NCBI RefSeq assembly: GCF_001194135.2
Contig: NC_068986.1
Location: 73,503,036-73,567,035 of the forward strand
Direction of reading: 5' to 3'
DNA length: 64,000 nt
From: Octopus bimaculoides
Lineage: Eukaryota
The notes under the pieces were generated by a model. That model saw only the letters and a program-made list of their open reading frames with translations, was not told the DNA's origin and did not search any database. Shown in pieces: positions 50,225 through 64,000 of the stretch. How positions within the stretch are numbered: the first letter of the stretch is position 1; each line of letters starts with the position of its first letter. A program made the position numbers and the translations under genes.

Positions 50225-50540
50225 AAAATGCATGGATTAGTGGTTAGAGTATTCAGTGCACAATTGTAAGGGTCATGAGTTCAATTTCTGGCAACATTTT
50301 GTATCTTAGAGCTAGACACTTTATTTCACATTGCTCCAGCCCACTCATGTAGCAACAATGAGTAGTTGTACCTGTAATTCAAAGTGCCAGCTTTGTCACA
50401 TCCTGTATCATGCTGTATCATACGTTCAGGGTACACATGTCTGTGGAGTGCTCAGCCACTCACATGTTAATCTCATGAGAAGGCTGTTCTATTTATCTGA
50501 TCAACTGGAACCCTTGTCATCATAACTGATGGAGTACCAA
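50225..50540 (+). mobile_element. SINE family B, degenerate
   Basis: Matches the body of 39421-39770. Confidence 0.7.
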
Positions 50541-50971
50541 TGTCAGATATGTATATGTGTATATATACACGTACGACAGGCTTCAGCACAGTTTCTTTCT
50601 GCCAAATTCACTCACAATGCATTGGGCTATAGTAGAAGTCACTTAGCCAAGGTGCCATACAACAGGATTGAACCTGAAACCATTTGGTTGCAAACCAATC
50701 TTCTTAACCACATAGCCATACCTCCACCTACAAAAAGATAACTTTGTAAAAAATAGATAAATTAAAAGGAAAATAAAGTAAAATAAATTCCAATAATAAA
50801 TAAAAGTTTTTCAGTAATGGAGTATAAAAGTGTTTATATTTGGTTGCAACTTCACTGACTAGAGTTAGTGTGAAGATTAATTTCCTGGATAAACAGTTTA
50901 TGGTATATTGTTGTCTAGTTCTTCACTCTTGACAACTATATTACACTATACTCTTTCTGTGTATGTGTGTG

Positions 50972-51058
<87 letters not shown>

Positions 51059-51217
51059 NNNNNNNNNNNNNNNNNNNNNNNNNNNNNNNNNNNNNNNNNN
51101 NNNNNNNNNNNNNNNNNNNNNNNNNNNNNNNNNNNNNNNNNNNNNNNNNNNNNNNNNNNNNNNNNNNNNNNNNNNNNNNNNNNNNNNNNNNNNNNNNNNN
51201 NNNNNNNNNNNNNNNNN

Positions 51218-51270
<53 letters not shown>

Positions 51271-51346
51271 CACATATATATATAATATTAGATAGAGAAA
51301 ATGGAATTCACGAGAATCTTTATTATTCACTATGATACAAACCACA

Positions 51347-51815
51347 TGGCTTGGTCATGTGACGCATACGGATGAGGGCAGCTGTATAAAGAAGTGCTGA
51401 GTACTAATTGTGGAGGGCACCTGTGGAAGAGGTAGACCCAGGAAGATGTGGGATGAGGCAGTGAGAAAAGATTTTCAGATGCTGGGCCACACTGAAGAAA
51501 TGACGAAGGACTAGTGGATGTGGTGATTAGCATTAATGGTAAGATGCATCAACCTAAGTAATATCGTTGTCTTCCACATATACAGGCTTGTTCTTTCAAG
51601 TGGCAGTGCCACTTGAAGAGCATGGCAATGACACATAAAAGGCACCCAGCACACTCTGTTAAGTGGTTGGCATTAGGAAGGACACCCAGCCATAGAAACC
51701 ATACCACAACAGACAATTGGAGTCTGGACAGCTTCCTGCTAACTGCCTCCATGTCAAACCGTCCAACCCATGCCAGCATGGAAAGTGGATTGTAAACGAC
51801 AATGGTGATGATGAT
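51347..51815 (+). mobile_element. RTE LINE ORF2 C-terminus plus 3' UTR
   Basis: WLGHVTHTDEGSCIKKC*VLIVEGTCGRGRPRKMWDEAVRKD (the RTE WxGH..GRGRP..W motif), continuous with the widespread 3' block and (GAT)n. Confidence 0.85.
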
Positions 51816-52234
51816 GTTGATCATAGTGAATAATAAAGAATCTCATGAAGTCCATTTTCTTTTTCTCATATTTTACAAACTCTATGGACACAATGGAATT
51901 CCTGAAATAAATCCAGTGGCATATACCTCTGTATTGTTGATGACATCAGGTAGCCAAATACTGTGAACAAGCTTTAAATAGCATACTACAAGGTGTACTC
52001 CCAAATTTAAAATTATTACATACATACATACTTACATACATTGTTACATTATTACAAACATACATACATGCATGCATGAATACATACATAAATGCATGCA
52101 TAGAGAGTCAACATCCATTGACAAGGTTGCAAAAGCAAAGAAAATTTTGGAAGAAAAAATATAAATAATAAATGAGTGGAAATTGAACCGGTGAGTGTGT
52201 TAGAGAAGGCGTTAAGACAATATGACTTTGCCAA

Positions 52235-52450
52235 AGGCGGTGAGCTGGTAGAAACGTTAGCATGCCAGGCGAAATGCTTAACAGTATTTCGTCTGTTTTT
52301 ATGTTCTGAGTTCAAATTCTGCCAAGGTTGACTTTGCCTTTCATTCTCTCGAGGTCGATAAATTAAGTACCAGTTACGTACTGGGGTCGATCTAATTGAC
52401 TGGCCTCTTCCCCCAAAATTTCGGGCCCCGTGCTTAGAGTAGAAATGAAT
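52235..52450 (+). mobile_element. SINE family D, young copy
   Basis: 'ggcggtgagctggtagaaacgttagc...gagttcaaattctgccaaggttgac...'; CpGs retained. Confidence 0.8.
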
Positions 52451-52627
52451 ATGACTTTGCCAGAGACAGCATAATTTGCTTCAATACATGAATTCACATA
52501 AAGGATATTGCAAACCAGATACAAAAATGAAGTAAACAAAACAAAACAAAACATACATACATACATATATATATGTGTGGCATAGGTAGATATGTGGATA
52601 GGCATAGCAGTGGATATGTGGTTAGAT

Positions 52628-52785
52628 GCAGGAGTGGCTGTGTGGTAAGAAGCTTACTTCCCAACCACATGGTTCCAGGTTCAGTCCCACTGTGTGGCAC
52701 CTTGGGCAAATTACCTTCTACTATGACCTTGGGCTGACCAAAGCCTATGAGTGGATTTGGCAGATAGAAACTGAAAGAAGCCTGT

Positions 52786-52835
<50 letters not shown>

Positions 52836-53003
52836 TGTGTGTCTGTGTTTGTCCCTCCACCATCACTTGACAACCAATGTTGGTGTGTTTACGTCCCCAT
52901 ACCTTAGTGACTCGGCAGAAGAGACCACTAGAATAAGTACTTGCCTTAACAAAGAATAAGTCTTTGTGAATGGATTTGGTAAACAGAAACTGAAACACAC
53001 CTG

Positions 53004-53061
<58 letters not shown>

Positions 53062-53285
53062 GTATATATATTTATGTATGGCTGTATGTTTGTTCCCTCT
53101 ACCATCACTTGACAACTGATGTTGGTGTGTTTACGTCCCCATAATTTAACAGTTTGGCAAAAGAGACTGTTAGAATAAGTACTAGGCTTACAAAAATGTC
53201 CTAGGGTCGATTTCTTTGACTAAAACCCTTTAAGGTGGTGCTCCAGCATGGCTGCAATCAAATGGCTGAAACAGTAAAAGAATAG
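52628..53285 (+). mobile_element. SINE family A with duplicated internal segment
   Basis: The middle segment (gtgaatggatttgg...tagaataagtact) occurs twice before a single tail. Confidence 0.75.
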
Positions 53286-53739
53286 TAGAAAAGTTATTTA
53301 CATCCATGAAGGTGGTGAGTGTCTGCGATCAGATTTTCTCAGTCAGAACTGGCCTGTGGTTAAACAGCAATATAAAGAAGAGTACTTCGTCAGTTTTTAG
53401 GAGAACAAGGATAGAGGGTATGGGACTGTGGATATTGTTAGTGTAGCTGCTTGTGGTTAGTTTTAAATTTAGTTAACTGATTGTATTGATCTTGTGAGAG
53501 AGGGTGGGAGGTGTTGGTTAATTAATAACACCTCTTGGACCATTAGTGCCTTGTTGTCATAGTAATAGAATGACAGCAACAACGTTAATAACAGTAATGA
53601 TGATATCAGAGTCTCCATAAAATAGAGAATAAATAAATTAATAAAACTAATTTAATACTATTTTAGACATAACAGTTAAATTTGTTTTACAGTATGAGGA
53701 AGAAGAAGAAGGTAGGAAGGAAGGGAGAAATACATACAT

Positions 53740-54270
53740 GTACATGCTCAAGCACATACATATAAATGCACACACACACACACACACAGTGCTCAAACAG
53801 ACATATACACATGTACAAAAAAAAACGTGTATATACAGATAAACACACATACAAGGGCAGATTACACACATGCAGGCAAAGGTACACACACACACACATG
53901 TATAGATACAAATAGACATATATAAATAGACACACATATATGCACATATACTTACACACATGTACAAATTGATTCAAACACACACAAGTGCACAAATAGA
54001 TACACTCATATACAAACACATACACACACACACAAATAGATACATGCATGTGTAAACAGATGCATACACATACATAAACACAGACACATATACACAGATA
54101 CACACACACATGCACAGATGGACACGTACACATTTTTACAGATAGACATGCACATGTACATACATTGACACACATTATTCGATAATGCAAACACATGCAC
54201 AGATAAATACACTTAGATACTTACATACACAGATATATGCACACAAGCACTAATAGACATATGCATGCAC

Positions 54271-54311
<41 letters not shown>

Positions 54312-54610
54312 CACACACACATACACAGATAAACATACACCCGCATATAGACACATGCATACGCATAGGTAGATATACACATGTACACAGATATATAGTC
54401 ATACATGTATCAATGAACATGCATACATATGCACATACAGATATAGTTGTTTGCATACAGTTACATCCATACATATAAACAGATGCACATACAGAAGTAC
54501 ACACATACACCAAGATGCATTAATAAGCAGAGCTGCACATTCACACATAGATGTTCCCACAGATGCACAATACACAAAGATGCACAATGCACAGAAATGC
54601 ATGCAGTGAC
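53740..54610. repeat. Degenerate (CA/TA) low-complexity tract
   Basis: Directly visible; source of the Cys/Val/Tyr/Met pseudo-ORFs in the track. Confidence 0.85.
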
Positions 54611-54778
54611 ACAGAGGTGCACATAATTATTGTTGGATCTTAATGAATATTTTTATATTTCATAAAACTGATGATTACTTCTTCAAATTTTATTGGCAAC
54701 ATACCAGTTTACCAATTTTGGGGTGAATGTCATGGAAGGATCAACATAATTGTCAACATTGTTCATTGGGGTTCCAAG

Positions 54779-54995
54779 CTCTTTAGCGTTCATATTACTC
54801 TGTCAAATGTGATATTTATTTACATTGTTTTGAATTAATCATGCATTATCTTGTAGCTTTGAAATTTTGATGATGTGATTGTTTATATTCTGAATGACAT
54901 TGTAGGGTAGGTGTGAGAGATCAGACCTGGCTGGTTTTGAATATAAACCAGATAGAATATTTTGGCCAGATATGGCCAGTTTAAATGCTAAAGGG
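54779..54995. mobile_element. Decayed piggyBac-type MITE
   Basis: Termini 'ctctttagcgttca' and 'taaatgctaaaggg' are imperfect TIRs; a second copy lies near 6245-6345; TTAA flanks are not preserved. Confidence 0.45.
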
Positions 54996-55264
54996 AGTCA
55001 ACAAGGGAACCTCTATATAGTTGGTCTGTTGGAAATAGCAATCAAATCTCCCTGAAATCACACTCAACTGTTTTAAAAAAAGGACACCATCAGACAATAA
55101 AATCTTAGATGGAAAATCTTGGCTGGAATACCTTTGATTATAGGTTTCCTCAATAAAGGCAGGTATGAAGTTAATCAAGAACTGTTCTGTAGTGATTGAA
55201 AATAACAAAGAAATTAAAATAAAAATAAGAAAATAACATAAAAGTCTGTATTTAGCACACCTTG

Positions 55265-55568
55265 GTCACTGCCGGCACCGTGTAAATGGCACCAATGCAT
55301 CATAGTTGTGGTTGTTGCTGGTGCCATGTAAATAGCACCCATGAATCATTGTCAAGGTCATTGCTGGGGTTATGTAAATGGCACGTGTGCCAGTGACAAT
55401 CGAAAGCACCCATTACACTCCTGGAGTGGTTGTCATTAGGAAGGGCATCCAGCCATAGAAACCATGCCAAATCAGACTGGAGCCTTGTGCAGCTCTCCAG
55501 CTTATCAACCCCAGTTAAAACGTCTAACCCATGCCAGCATGGAGAGTGGACGTTAAATGATGATGATG
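55265..55568 (+). mobile_element. RTE LINE 3' end with degenerate tandem array
   Basis: Repeated 'gtgccatgtaaatagcacc'-like units, then the family terminus. Confidence 0.7.
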
Positions 55569-55857
55569 TGAGATTAAGGAATTTGCTTTGCAGTGATATG
55601 GCTTAGATTTCAGTCCCACTGTACATCACCTTGAGCAAGTGACTTCTATTGTGGGCCAAGGTTGACCAAAGGTTTGTGATTTACTTTAAGCAATCAGAAA
55701 ACTGTGTAGGAAGCCTCTAGGACAGTGGTTCTCACCCAGATTCCACATGAACCTTGAGGGTCCATGTAAGATTTTGTTGCTAAAGCTTTTATGTCAGAAA
55801 TTGGTTATATTTCCACAATATACAAACTATTTTAACAATTTTTTAATACAGTTTACT

Positions 55858-56062
55858 CTTTTACTCTTTTGCTTGTTTTGGTCTTTTGACTGGCCATGCT
55901 GGAGCACCCCTTTAGTCGAGCAAATCAACCCCAGGACTTATTCTTTGAAAGCCTAGTACTTATTCTATCGGTGTCTTTTGCTGAACCGCTAAATTACGAG
56001 GATGTAAACACACCAGCATTGGTTGTCAAGTGATGTTGGGGGGACAAGCACATACACACACA

Positions 56063-56111
<49 letters not shown>

Positions 56112-56278
56112 GCATATATATATATACGACGGGATTTTTTTCAGTTTCCGCCTACCAAATCCACTCACAAGGCTTTGGTTGGCTATGGTAGAAGACACTT
56201 GCCCAAGATGCCACGCAGTGGGACTGAACCCAGAACCATGTGGTTGGTAAGCAAGCTACTTACCACACAGCCACTCCT
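55858..56278 (-). mobile_element. SINE family A, full length
   Basis: Colinear reverse complement of 47372-47765. Confidence 0.9.
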
Positions 56279-56504
56279 AATAATATTTAATTATAAAAAT
56301 ATAACAGGATGTTTTTAAAACATTGAATTTGTAAGAGGATTCAGTAGGATAAAATAGGAATCAAAGGAGTCCATAGCTAAAAAATGGTTGAGAAACACTG
56401 CTCACTGCTGTTGTTGTTGTCTTCAACAGCAGCAGTAGCAGTGGCAGCAGCATGTTCACTCATGGTAGCATGGGTTAAAGAGATCTGTTCCAACATGGTA
56501 CTGG

Positions 56505-56740
56505 CACTCTGTTGGTTACAATGACAAGGATTCTAGTTGATCCAATCAACAGAACAGCCTGCTCGTGAAATTAACAAGTGCAAGTGGCTGAGCACTCCTC
56601 AGACATGTGTACCCTTAACATAGTTCTCAGGGATATTCAGCATGACACAGAAAGTAACAAAGCTGGCCCTTTGAATTACAGGTCTTTACTCATTTTTGCC
56701 AGCTGAGTGGACTGGAGCAACATGAAATAAAGTGTTTTGT
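56505..56740 (-). mobile_element. SINE family B body
   Basis: 'ctagttgatccaatcaacagaacagcctgctcgtgaaattaac...gctgagcactcc...'. Confidence 0.75.
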
Positions 56741-57092
56741 TCCATCATATCTCCTTGTTGTCTCTTGCAGTCCTTAGTCATCTTCTTTGTGAGGGGCAGG
56801 ACCAGTATTTTAAAATCAAACCTCACCACAGCTCCTTCTCTCTCTCTCTCTTCTACTTAAATTGTTTGATATTTTCCTCCCAACTCTTTGTTATACTTCA
56901 TACACATCACATGTATTTACCATCACACTCTCTTTTGTATACCTAGACTAGGTTCTCTGATGCTCATTCTCAGCTCATCTGTGCTCCATCATTCATGTAT
57001 GATCATATTAAGATCAAGTGGAATATGATAACTTCATTCATTTCCCGTCTTTGCACCTCTCCCTATAGAATACCCATGTTTTGTTAGTATAT

Positions 57093-57420
57093 CGCTCAGT
57101 GGTTAGAGCATCACTCTCATAGTCATGAGGTAGTGAGTTCATTTCCCAGACTGGGTTCTGTGTTGTGTTCTTGAGCAAGAACTTTATTTCACATTGCTGC
57201 AGTTTACTCAGCTGTAGAAATGAGTTGAGGTGTCACTGGTGTCAAGCTGTATCAGCCTTTGCCTTTTCCTTGGATAACATTGGTAGCATAGAAAGAGGAG
57301 GCTGGTATGCATGAGTGACTGCTGGTCTTCCATAAACTACCTTGCCAGGACTTGTACCTCAGAGGGAAACTTTCCAAGTGCAATCTCATGGTCATTCATG
57401 ACCAAAGGTGGTCTTTAACC
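57093..57420 (+). mobile_element. tRNA-type SINE (B-related head, different body)
   Basis: Head 'cgctcagtggttagagc...gtgagttcatttcccag'. Confidence 0.6.
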
Positions 57421-57953
57421 TTTATATCAGTGGCAGATACTGCATAATAATTAGTTCTGTCCCAGTTCTATCCATTTTTATTCAGTTGATGTTGTTGTTT
57501 GTCCTCCCACAAGTTCTTGAAAATAAGTATCAAAATGGTAAACTTTGATGTAATAAAACTCTCTAAAGATGCTGCCTGAAGGTGGTAGTTGTCCAGTGAG
57601 TGAAATAAGTTAAATAGTCTACACTTATTCATGCATATTTTTGGCCTTCGAATTCTGATGGAATTGTAGAAGCATTATCATGATATACAGCATATCTTGT
57701 GCAGTTTTAGATGTAATAAAGCCTAACCCTCTCCTGTTCTGACTACAGCTGATTTCTGAGAGAGAGAGCGAGAGAGAGAGAGAGAGAGAGAAGTTGTACA
57801 AATACAGAATTGATACTTTATCAGCAGCCTTGAAAAGATGAAAGGCAAATGGCCTGTTTAGGCATTGGAACTCAGAGCATAGAAAGCCAAAATGAATGCC
57901 ACAGACAATCTATTCTCTCTTGAATGTCCCTGCCTATCTCTCTCTCTCTCACC

Positions 57954-57984
<31 letters not shown>

Positions 57985-58629
57985 ACACACACACACACAA
58001 ACACACATACACACACATGCATATATAATTGTGTCATGGTAGAACCATACTACATATTTGAAATGCATGATGTAATATGAGACCGAAACATTACTGTGTG
58101 GTCAAGGAATTTGTTTTGCAACGACATTGTTTCAAGTTCCAAGTCAGTGTATTGCACCTTGGGTAACTGACTTTCACCATAATTTTGGACTGATCCACAT
58201 CTTTTGCATAGAATTTTGTTAGTGTATAGAAATCTGATGTGTATGTATATGACGTGTTTATTTGTCTTTGTGTGTTATTTACTATGAATTCCAAATCTTG
58301 AGATGTATGTTTTCCTGCTAGTGATTCATGATGAAGGCAACAAATAAAAATTTGGGGGATTCATTATTTTTCTTCCTGAAACAACGAAGATTTTCTTTTT
58401 TTATTCTTGGAACAATTAGAAAATTTTCCTTCCTTAGCTACAATTATATTTTTAACAATTTTCTTGAAATTTCATTGTTTTCCATTAATGAATTAATTAA
58501 ATTAAATATTGCTTTTCCTGTGGCATAACTCTCCAAAAGCTGCGAGATTAAAATGTTTCTTCTATGCTATCTTTGCAACTAATAGCAAACGAACACAAGC
58601 AAAGTAGCTAAGCCAGCAGCATCTGATTG

Positions 58630-59010
58630 ACTCAACCGTTTGTCATTTATCTTTTGTTTGCTTCACTCATTGGCCTATGGCTATACTGGGGTATCACATG
58701 GAACAACTTACTCGAGCAAATTGATGCCAGTACTTATTCTATTGGTCTCTTTTGTCAAACTGCTAAATTACAGGAACAAAAACAAACCAACACTGCTTGT
58801 CAAGCAATGGTGAGGGACAAACTCAATGACACACACACAAACACATTCATGCACATATGATGGGATTCTACACAGTTTCCATTTACTGAATTCACTCACA
58901 AGACATTGATCAACCTGAGACTATAGAGTAGAAGACACTTGCCCACAGTGCCCTGAAGTCGGACTGAACTCAAGACCATGTGGTTGCCAAATCAACTCCT
59001 TAACCACACA
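58630..59010 (-). mobile_element. SINE family A, degenerate
   Basis: Colinear with the family consensus. Confidence 0.7.
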
Positions 59011-60029
59011 ACCTGACTTGTTGAGCCCATTTTAAACCAATCTTACTTCACAGGAATTTCACATTTCATAGAAAAGCATCTTGAAACTGTGTCATTAAAA
59101 AGTGACTTGTTATCTATATTTTTGCTGTGCTTTTTACATGCCATGCATTCCACCAAATCTATTGCACAAAGTTTAAATTTTCTACAATTGTATCTGCGTC
59201 ACCTGCTTTTGCTTGTAGGTAGCCAATATAATATGAAAATAAAGCTTTTTTTTTTTTCATGAATGATGAACATGTAGCTTGTTAAATTAAATTTCAAAAT
59301 CTTTCTTTCATAATATTCTTGAACTGTTTTTCTTGTTAATGTTGTTTCTAAATGTCACTTTTTCTTTAACTGGATTTAATATGCAATTATTTTAAATGTT
59401 TCCACATTTAATACAAAGTCCTCTAGGTGCAGTCATCTCACCTGTCCAAGTGAAACCATAAGCAATAAAAGTTTCATTATCTACTATTTTCGTATTTTTT
59501 TACTTTGTTCATCTTGTCACTTTCATGAAAATGAATTGACTGTAGGTTCAAGCTGAGTAACACCTCTCTCATTCATGTTGCTTGAGTTTGATCTCTTAAC
59601 ACTTGACTTATTATTGATTTTTAACCATTTAGCCACCAAGGATATAAATGGAAAGATTTATTGATTATATAAACTATAATTGCCAAAAACATCTATCTTC
59701 ACTTCCCTTGCATATTCCAAAAGTCACTAAACTATTTAACACCAATATTGTGTGCTATTTTTAACAATCGTTTTGCATTTATTGTTATCTAAACCAATAG
59801 CAATTGTAAATCATTGCCTAATATTATCCTGAGTTGCCAACTTTCAGCAGTTCTGCAGGAATATATCCAGAATTGATATTCTTACGTAAAAACTAAGCAT
59901 TTATTATTCAAGCTAAAATTACTGTGAAAACCCTTTATAAATTTGTGTTATGTCTCTGTGTGCCCCGGAGAAAATCTATGCCTCACAGCTGCATTATTTT
60001 CTTCCACTTGTGCCTGTAGCTGTGTATGA

Positions 60030-60260
60030 GTATATCATCTTCATCATCATCATAATCTTCATCATCATAATCTTCATCATCATTTAACATCCGTTTTCCA
60101 TGCTGGCATGGAGTGGACAGCTTGACAGGAACTGGCAAAGCCAAGGGCCTCACCAGAATTCCATAGTCTGTTTTGGCTTGGCTTCTACAGCTAAACGCCT
60201 TTCCTAATGCCAACCACTTTACAGAATGTACTGGGTGCTTTTTATGTGGTACCAACAGCC
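60030..60260 (-). mobile_element. RTE LINE 3' end
   Basis: (CAT)n then 'ttaacatccgttttccatgctggcatgg...'. Confidence 0.75.
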
Positions 60261-60486
60261 ACACCAATGCTTCTTACATATCAACTTGGTTTTAGGATTT
60301 CAATTCTATTGTGGTGGGTGGCTGACTACTGGGTGAGTGTGTGAAACATTGAATATGATGGTGGTGGAAGGTAGAATAAAGGTAGGGGAAAGAGTTGTCG
60401 GATGGAAAAAGGAATGCCCCTTGGGTATATGTATGTGTTTATACATGCATATATTGTATGCATGTATTTATGTTATATATAATTAT

Positions 60487-60532
<46 letters not shown>

Positions 60533-60574
60533 GCACACACAGATGCATATTGCATATGCATGTATGTCTCATAA

Positions 60575-60770
60575 TCATTATCCTTTAACATCCATATTTC
60601 ATGCTAGCATGGTTTGGACAGTCTGTCTGGATCTGATGGGCCCAAGAGCTGCATCGTGGTCAACTATCTTCTTTGGCATGGTTTCTACAACTGGGTATTC
60701 TTCATAATGGCAACCACTTTAGTGTGGATAGTGGGTGCTTTTTCCATGCTATCAACACTTGTGACTCCAC
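60575..60770 (-). mobile_element. RTE LINE 3' end, degenerate
   Basis: Same block as 60030-60260. Confidence 0.6.
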
Positions 60771-60839
60771 CATGCATTTTATGAGACCATGAATCTTGAG
60801 GAGGTAACTTTCTGATAAAGAAATTGAATGTACTCTTTT

Positions 60840-61042
60840 ACTCTGTTACTTGTTTCAGTCATTTGACTGCAGCCATGCTGGAGCACCGCCCTTAGTCGAG
60901 AAAATCGACCCCAGGACTTATTCTTTTGTAAGCCTAGTACTTATTCTATCGGTCTCTTTTTGCTGAACCGCTAAGTTACAGGGATGTAAACACACCAGCA
61001 TCAGTTGTCAAGCGATGGTGGGGGACAAACACAAACACGCAA

Positions 61043-61075
<33 letters not shown>

Positions 61076-61233
61076 CGACGGGCTTCTTTCAGTTTCCGTC
61101 TACCAAATCCACTCACAAGGCTTTGGGTGGCCTGAGGCTATAGTAGAAGACACTTGCCCAAGGTGCCACGCAGTGGGGCTGAACCTGGAACCATGTGGTT
61201 GGTAAGCAAGCTACTTACCACACAACCACTCCT
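60840..61233 (-). mobile_element. SINE family A, full length, young
   Basis: Colinear; many CpGs intact. Confidence 0.9.
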
Positions 61234-61402
61234 GGTAACAGAATATGAATTATATTAGACTTTCACTGGTTTTACTCATTTTGGCTGTTAGAATTTAAAC
61301 TCAGCGCACAAAGCCATGAAACCCACACACAGTATTTGTTTTGATGCTCTACTGATTCTGCCATTCACCATCATGAGTGTCTACAGTCAAAATATGTATA
61401 TC

Positions 61403-61817
61403 TTTATCTGTTATTTGATTCAGTCCTTTGACTGTGGCCATGCTGGAGTACCGCCTTGAAGAATTTGTAGTCAAATGGCTCAACCCCAGTACTTATTTTT
61501 CTTTAAAGCCTTGTACTTCTTCTATCAGTCTCTTTTGCCAAACCACTAAGTTACAGGGGTGTAAACACACCAACACTGGTTGTCAAGCAGTGGTGTGGAC
61601 GAACAAACAGACAGACAGCCAAACAAATACACACACACATACAAACACACACACACAAACGCACACACACACACATGATGGATTTCTTTCAGTTTCCATC
61701 CACCTTATCTATTCCCAAGGCATTGACTGGCCTTAGGCTATAGTAGAAGACACTTGCCCAAGGTGCCATGCAGTGGGAACCATGTGGTTGGGAAGCAAGC
61801 TTCTTACTACACAACCA
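61403..61817 (-). mobile_element. SINE family A, full length
   Basis: Colinear with the adjacent copy, more diverged. Confidence 0.8.
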
Positions 61818-62829
61818 AACCTTTTGAGCTAATGGTCAATGTTTCTGAGTCCCAGTGTATGAGTCTATGTGTGTTTCTAAACCTGTGTGTGTGTCAGAGT
61901 TTGTGTGTATGTTTCTGAATGTGAGTGTGTCAAAGCCTCTGTGTATGTATGCATCTGAAGCCATGTATTTCTGAGCCTGTGTGTGTGTCTGAGTCAGTGT
62001 GTTTCTGAGCCTCTGTAAGAGCATCTTAACACTCCATTATTCCTTACTTAAGAAAGTATTGTATGATTTGATGGAGATTGGCTGCTATTTCTAGCAGATC
62101 AAGAAGCCATGTAGAAACTCCATCAATTTTAGATCAAGTATGTATGGTAGAGCAACTGCGATATAAAGATTAGATTTATTCACTTTGCTGCATAAGTAGT
62201 CAAGAATATTGAAAGAAAGAAGAAAGGAGTAAAATTAAATTTAATGCCACAATTCTCTTGTAGTATCTGAAACTAAGAATAAATGGCTGGTTTGAAAACA
62301 GGAGATATCAGTAGCAGCAACAACAACAATTGAATCAAAGAATAACATTTAGAAATGGAAATGTTTCTTCATAGTCTATTTTTTAATAATAATATTGTTG
62401 TTATATCTTCAGTTCACCTGATGCTATAGTTTCACTGTTGTAGCAGCTGTTACGATAAACAGTTTCACTAAGAACTTCCATATATTTTGGGGGTTTTATT
62501 CTCAAGAAACAAATATAGAAAATGTAGTCTTTTCCAATATATGATACTAGGAGATTCTTGTTTGATTACACAACACACACACGCACATGCACACACACAC
62601 ACGCACATGCACACACACACACACACACACATGGATAAATATGTATACATACATACTTACTCCTCATCAATACACAAGCATATAGATGTGTGTATGTATA
62701 GTCACCACATACATATGTCCGTGTATATATGTGTGTGTGTATATATCGTCTTTTCACATGCACACACTCACATACATACATGTCTATATACTCACACACA
62801 CACACATCTATATATATATCTATATATCT

Positions 62830-62987
<158 letters not shown>

Positions 62988-63301
62988 GTACTTTCTTGTT
63001 TCTTATTACTATTTAATCCAATAGTTTTCTTTCAGTTTTCTATATTTTATTTTCCAATTTAGTTTTATTTTTCTTCATTCCAATCTAATTAGAGTAAGTA
63101 TATGGACTGATGTTGCTGTGTGCCATGAAAAACGCAATGTTGTCTTTGAATCTTTCGCATTTCTATTTGTTTACCTGCTGTGAAGAAATAGGCAATAATG
63201 AGAACAGTTAGTACCATAGTATAGTGTAAATGTGAGATACCAGCAAGCTGAGTCTCTGTTCTTTTGGTGTCTGTTGTTGATAGAGTATGGTGTGTCATAT
63301 A

Positions 63302-64000
63302 CGAAGGGGTACCCAAAAGAAACCGGAATTTTGCAATATTATTTCATTCACTTAGTTTTGCGTGTTTACACTTTTATCACCTTCAAAATATTCTCCATTT
63401 GAAGCGATGCATTGGTCCAGGTGTGTTTTCCACTATTCGAAGCAGTGCTGGAACTCTTGCAAAGTGATGCCTTTTAATGCCTTTGTCATGTTTTTTCTTC
63501 ACCTTTTCCACACCTGCAAATGCTATAGCATCAGCTTTTGTCACCAGTGATGACCTTTGAAAAAGGTCTGGATCAACTTTCAACTGTTCTTTCAATTCAT
63601 GACATGCATTCAGGTGTGACTGTTTATGATCTTCCGTGAGCAAGCGAAGCACAAATTTTGCTGCAACTCTTTTCATTTGCAAATTCTTGTTCAAAATTCG
63701 TTGGCAGGAGCTCCAGGACACACCAGCCAAATCAAATTCATCAATTGTTCGGTGACGGTCCTCCTCGAACAGTTCATGAATTTTCATGATGTTTTCATTT
63801 ATTCAGGAGGTTGACAGTTGTCCTGAACGAGGTTGGTCCCCAAGCGACAAGTGACCATTCCAAAAGCATGAAAAACACATGTAAACTTGTGTTTTGCTCA
63901 TGGTAGTGTCCTTGTAAGCTGTTTGAAGCATGACAGCTTTTTCAGCTGCCATTTTCCCCCACAGAAAACAATTTAATAGAAGCATGCTGTCCCTTTGTTT
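63302..64000 (-). mobile_element. Mariner deletion derivative, runs off the window end
   Basis: TA|cgaaggggtacccaaaagaaaccggaat terminus; AYKDTTMSKTQVY..F..F..G..SLGDQPRSG, EDRHRTIDE...SCQRIL...VAAKFVLRLLTEDHK, then a jump to the C-terminal WK..LDQCIASNGEYFEGD. Confidence 0.9.

Noticed and set aside
53647-54602. Cys/Val/Tyr/Met- or His/Thr-rich ORFs (also 32951-34205, 46075-46510, 62487-63062)
   Set aside because: Translations of degenerate dinucleotide repeats, not metal-binding proteins
59440-59480. Minus-strand ATG...MKLLLLWFHLD followed by a GTGAGA donor, resembling a signal-peptide first exon
   Set aside because: Too short, and no compatible downstream exon could be identified
63173-63200. 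Minus-strand strong acceptor followed by CAG|GTAAAC, a possible 3-nt microexon
   Set aside because: Single short signal with no linked exons; expected by chance in AT-rich DNA

Overview
AT-rich, repeat-saturated eukaryotic DNA from a gapped draft scaffold with 12 N-runs, most flanked by (TA)n/(CA)n. The interspersed repeat families look like those of Octopus; this is recognition only, not verified by a search. There is no intact long protein-coding ORF, and nearly all long entries in the ORF track are microsatellite or N-gap artefacts. The window is mostly made of decayed mobile elements: three tRNA-type SINE families (called A, B and D here), many 3' ends of an RTE-clade LINE, R4/Dong-like, CR1/L2-like and Penelope-like retroelement fragments, a hAT (ZMYM1-like) transposase relic, several mariner and DD37D (maT-type) relics, and Tc1/mariner, piggyBac-type, hAT-type and Helentron-like MITEs. 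The only host-gene signals are short candidate exons, the best being three phase-compatible plus-strand exons at 5257-5881 that include a 13-nt microexon. The most unusual structures are inverted repeats: a perfect 76-bp palindrome, a CpG-rich near-perfect inverted repeat of at least 102 bp around a gap, an approximately 170-bp hairpin, and an approximately 180-bp inverted repeat pair enclosing two nested transposon relics. I found no convincing novel multi-gene system. Boundaries of degenerate repeats are approximate.
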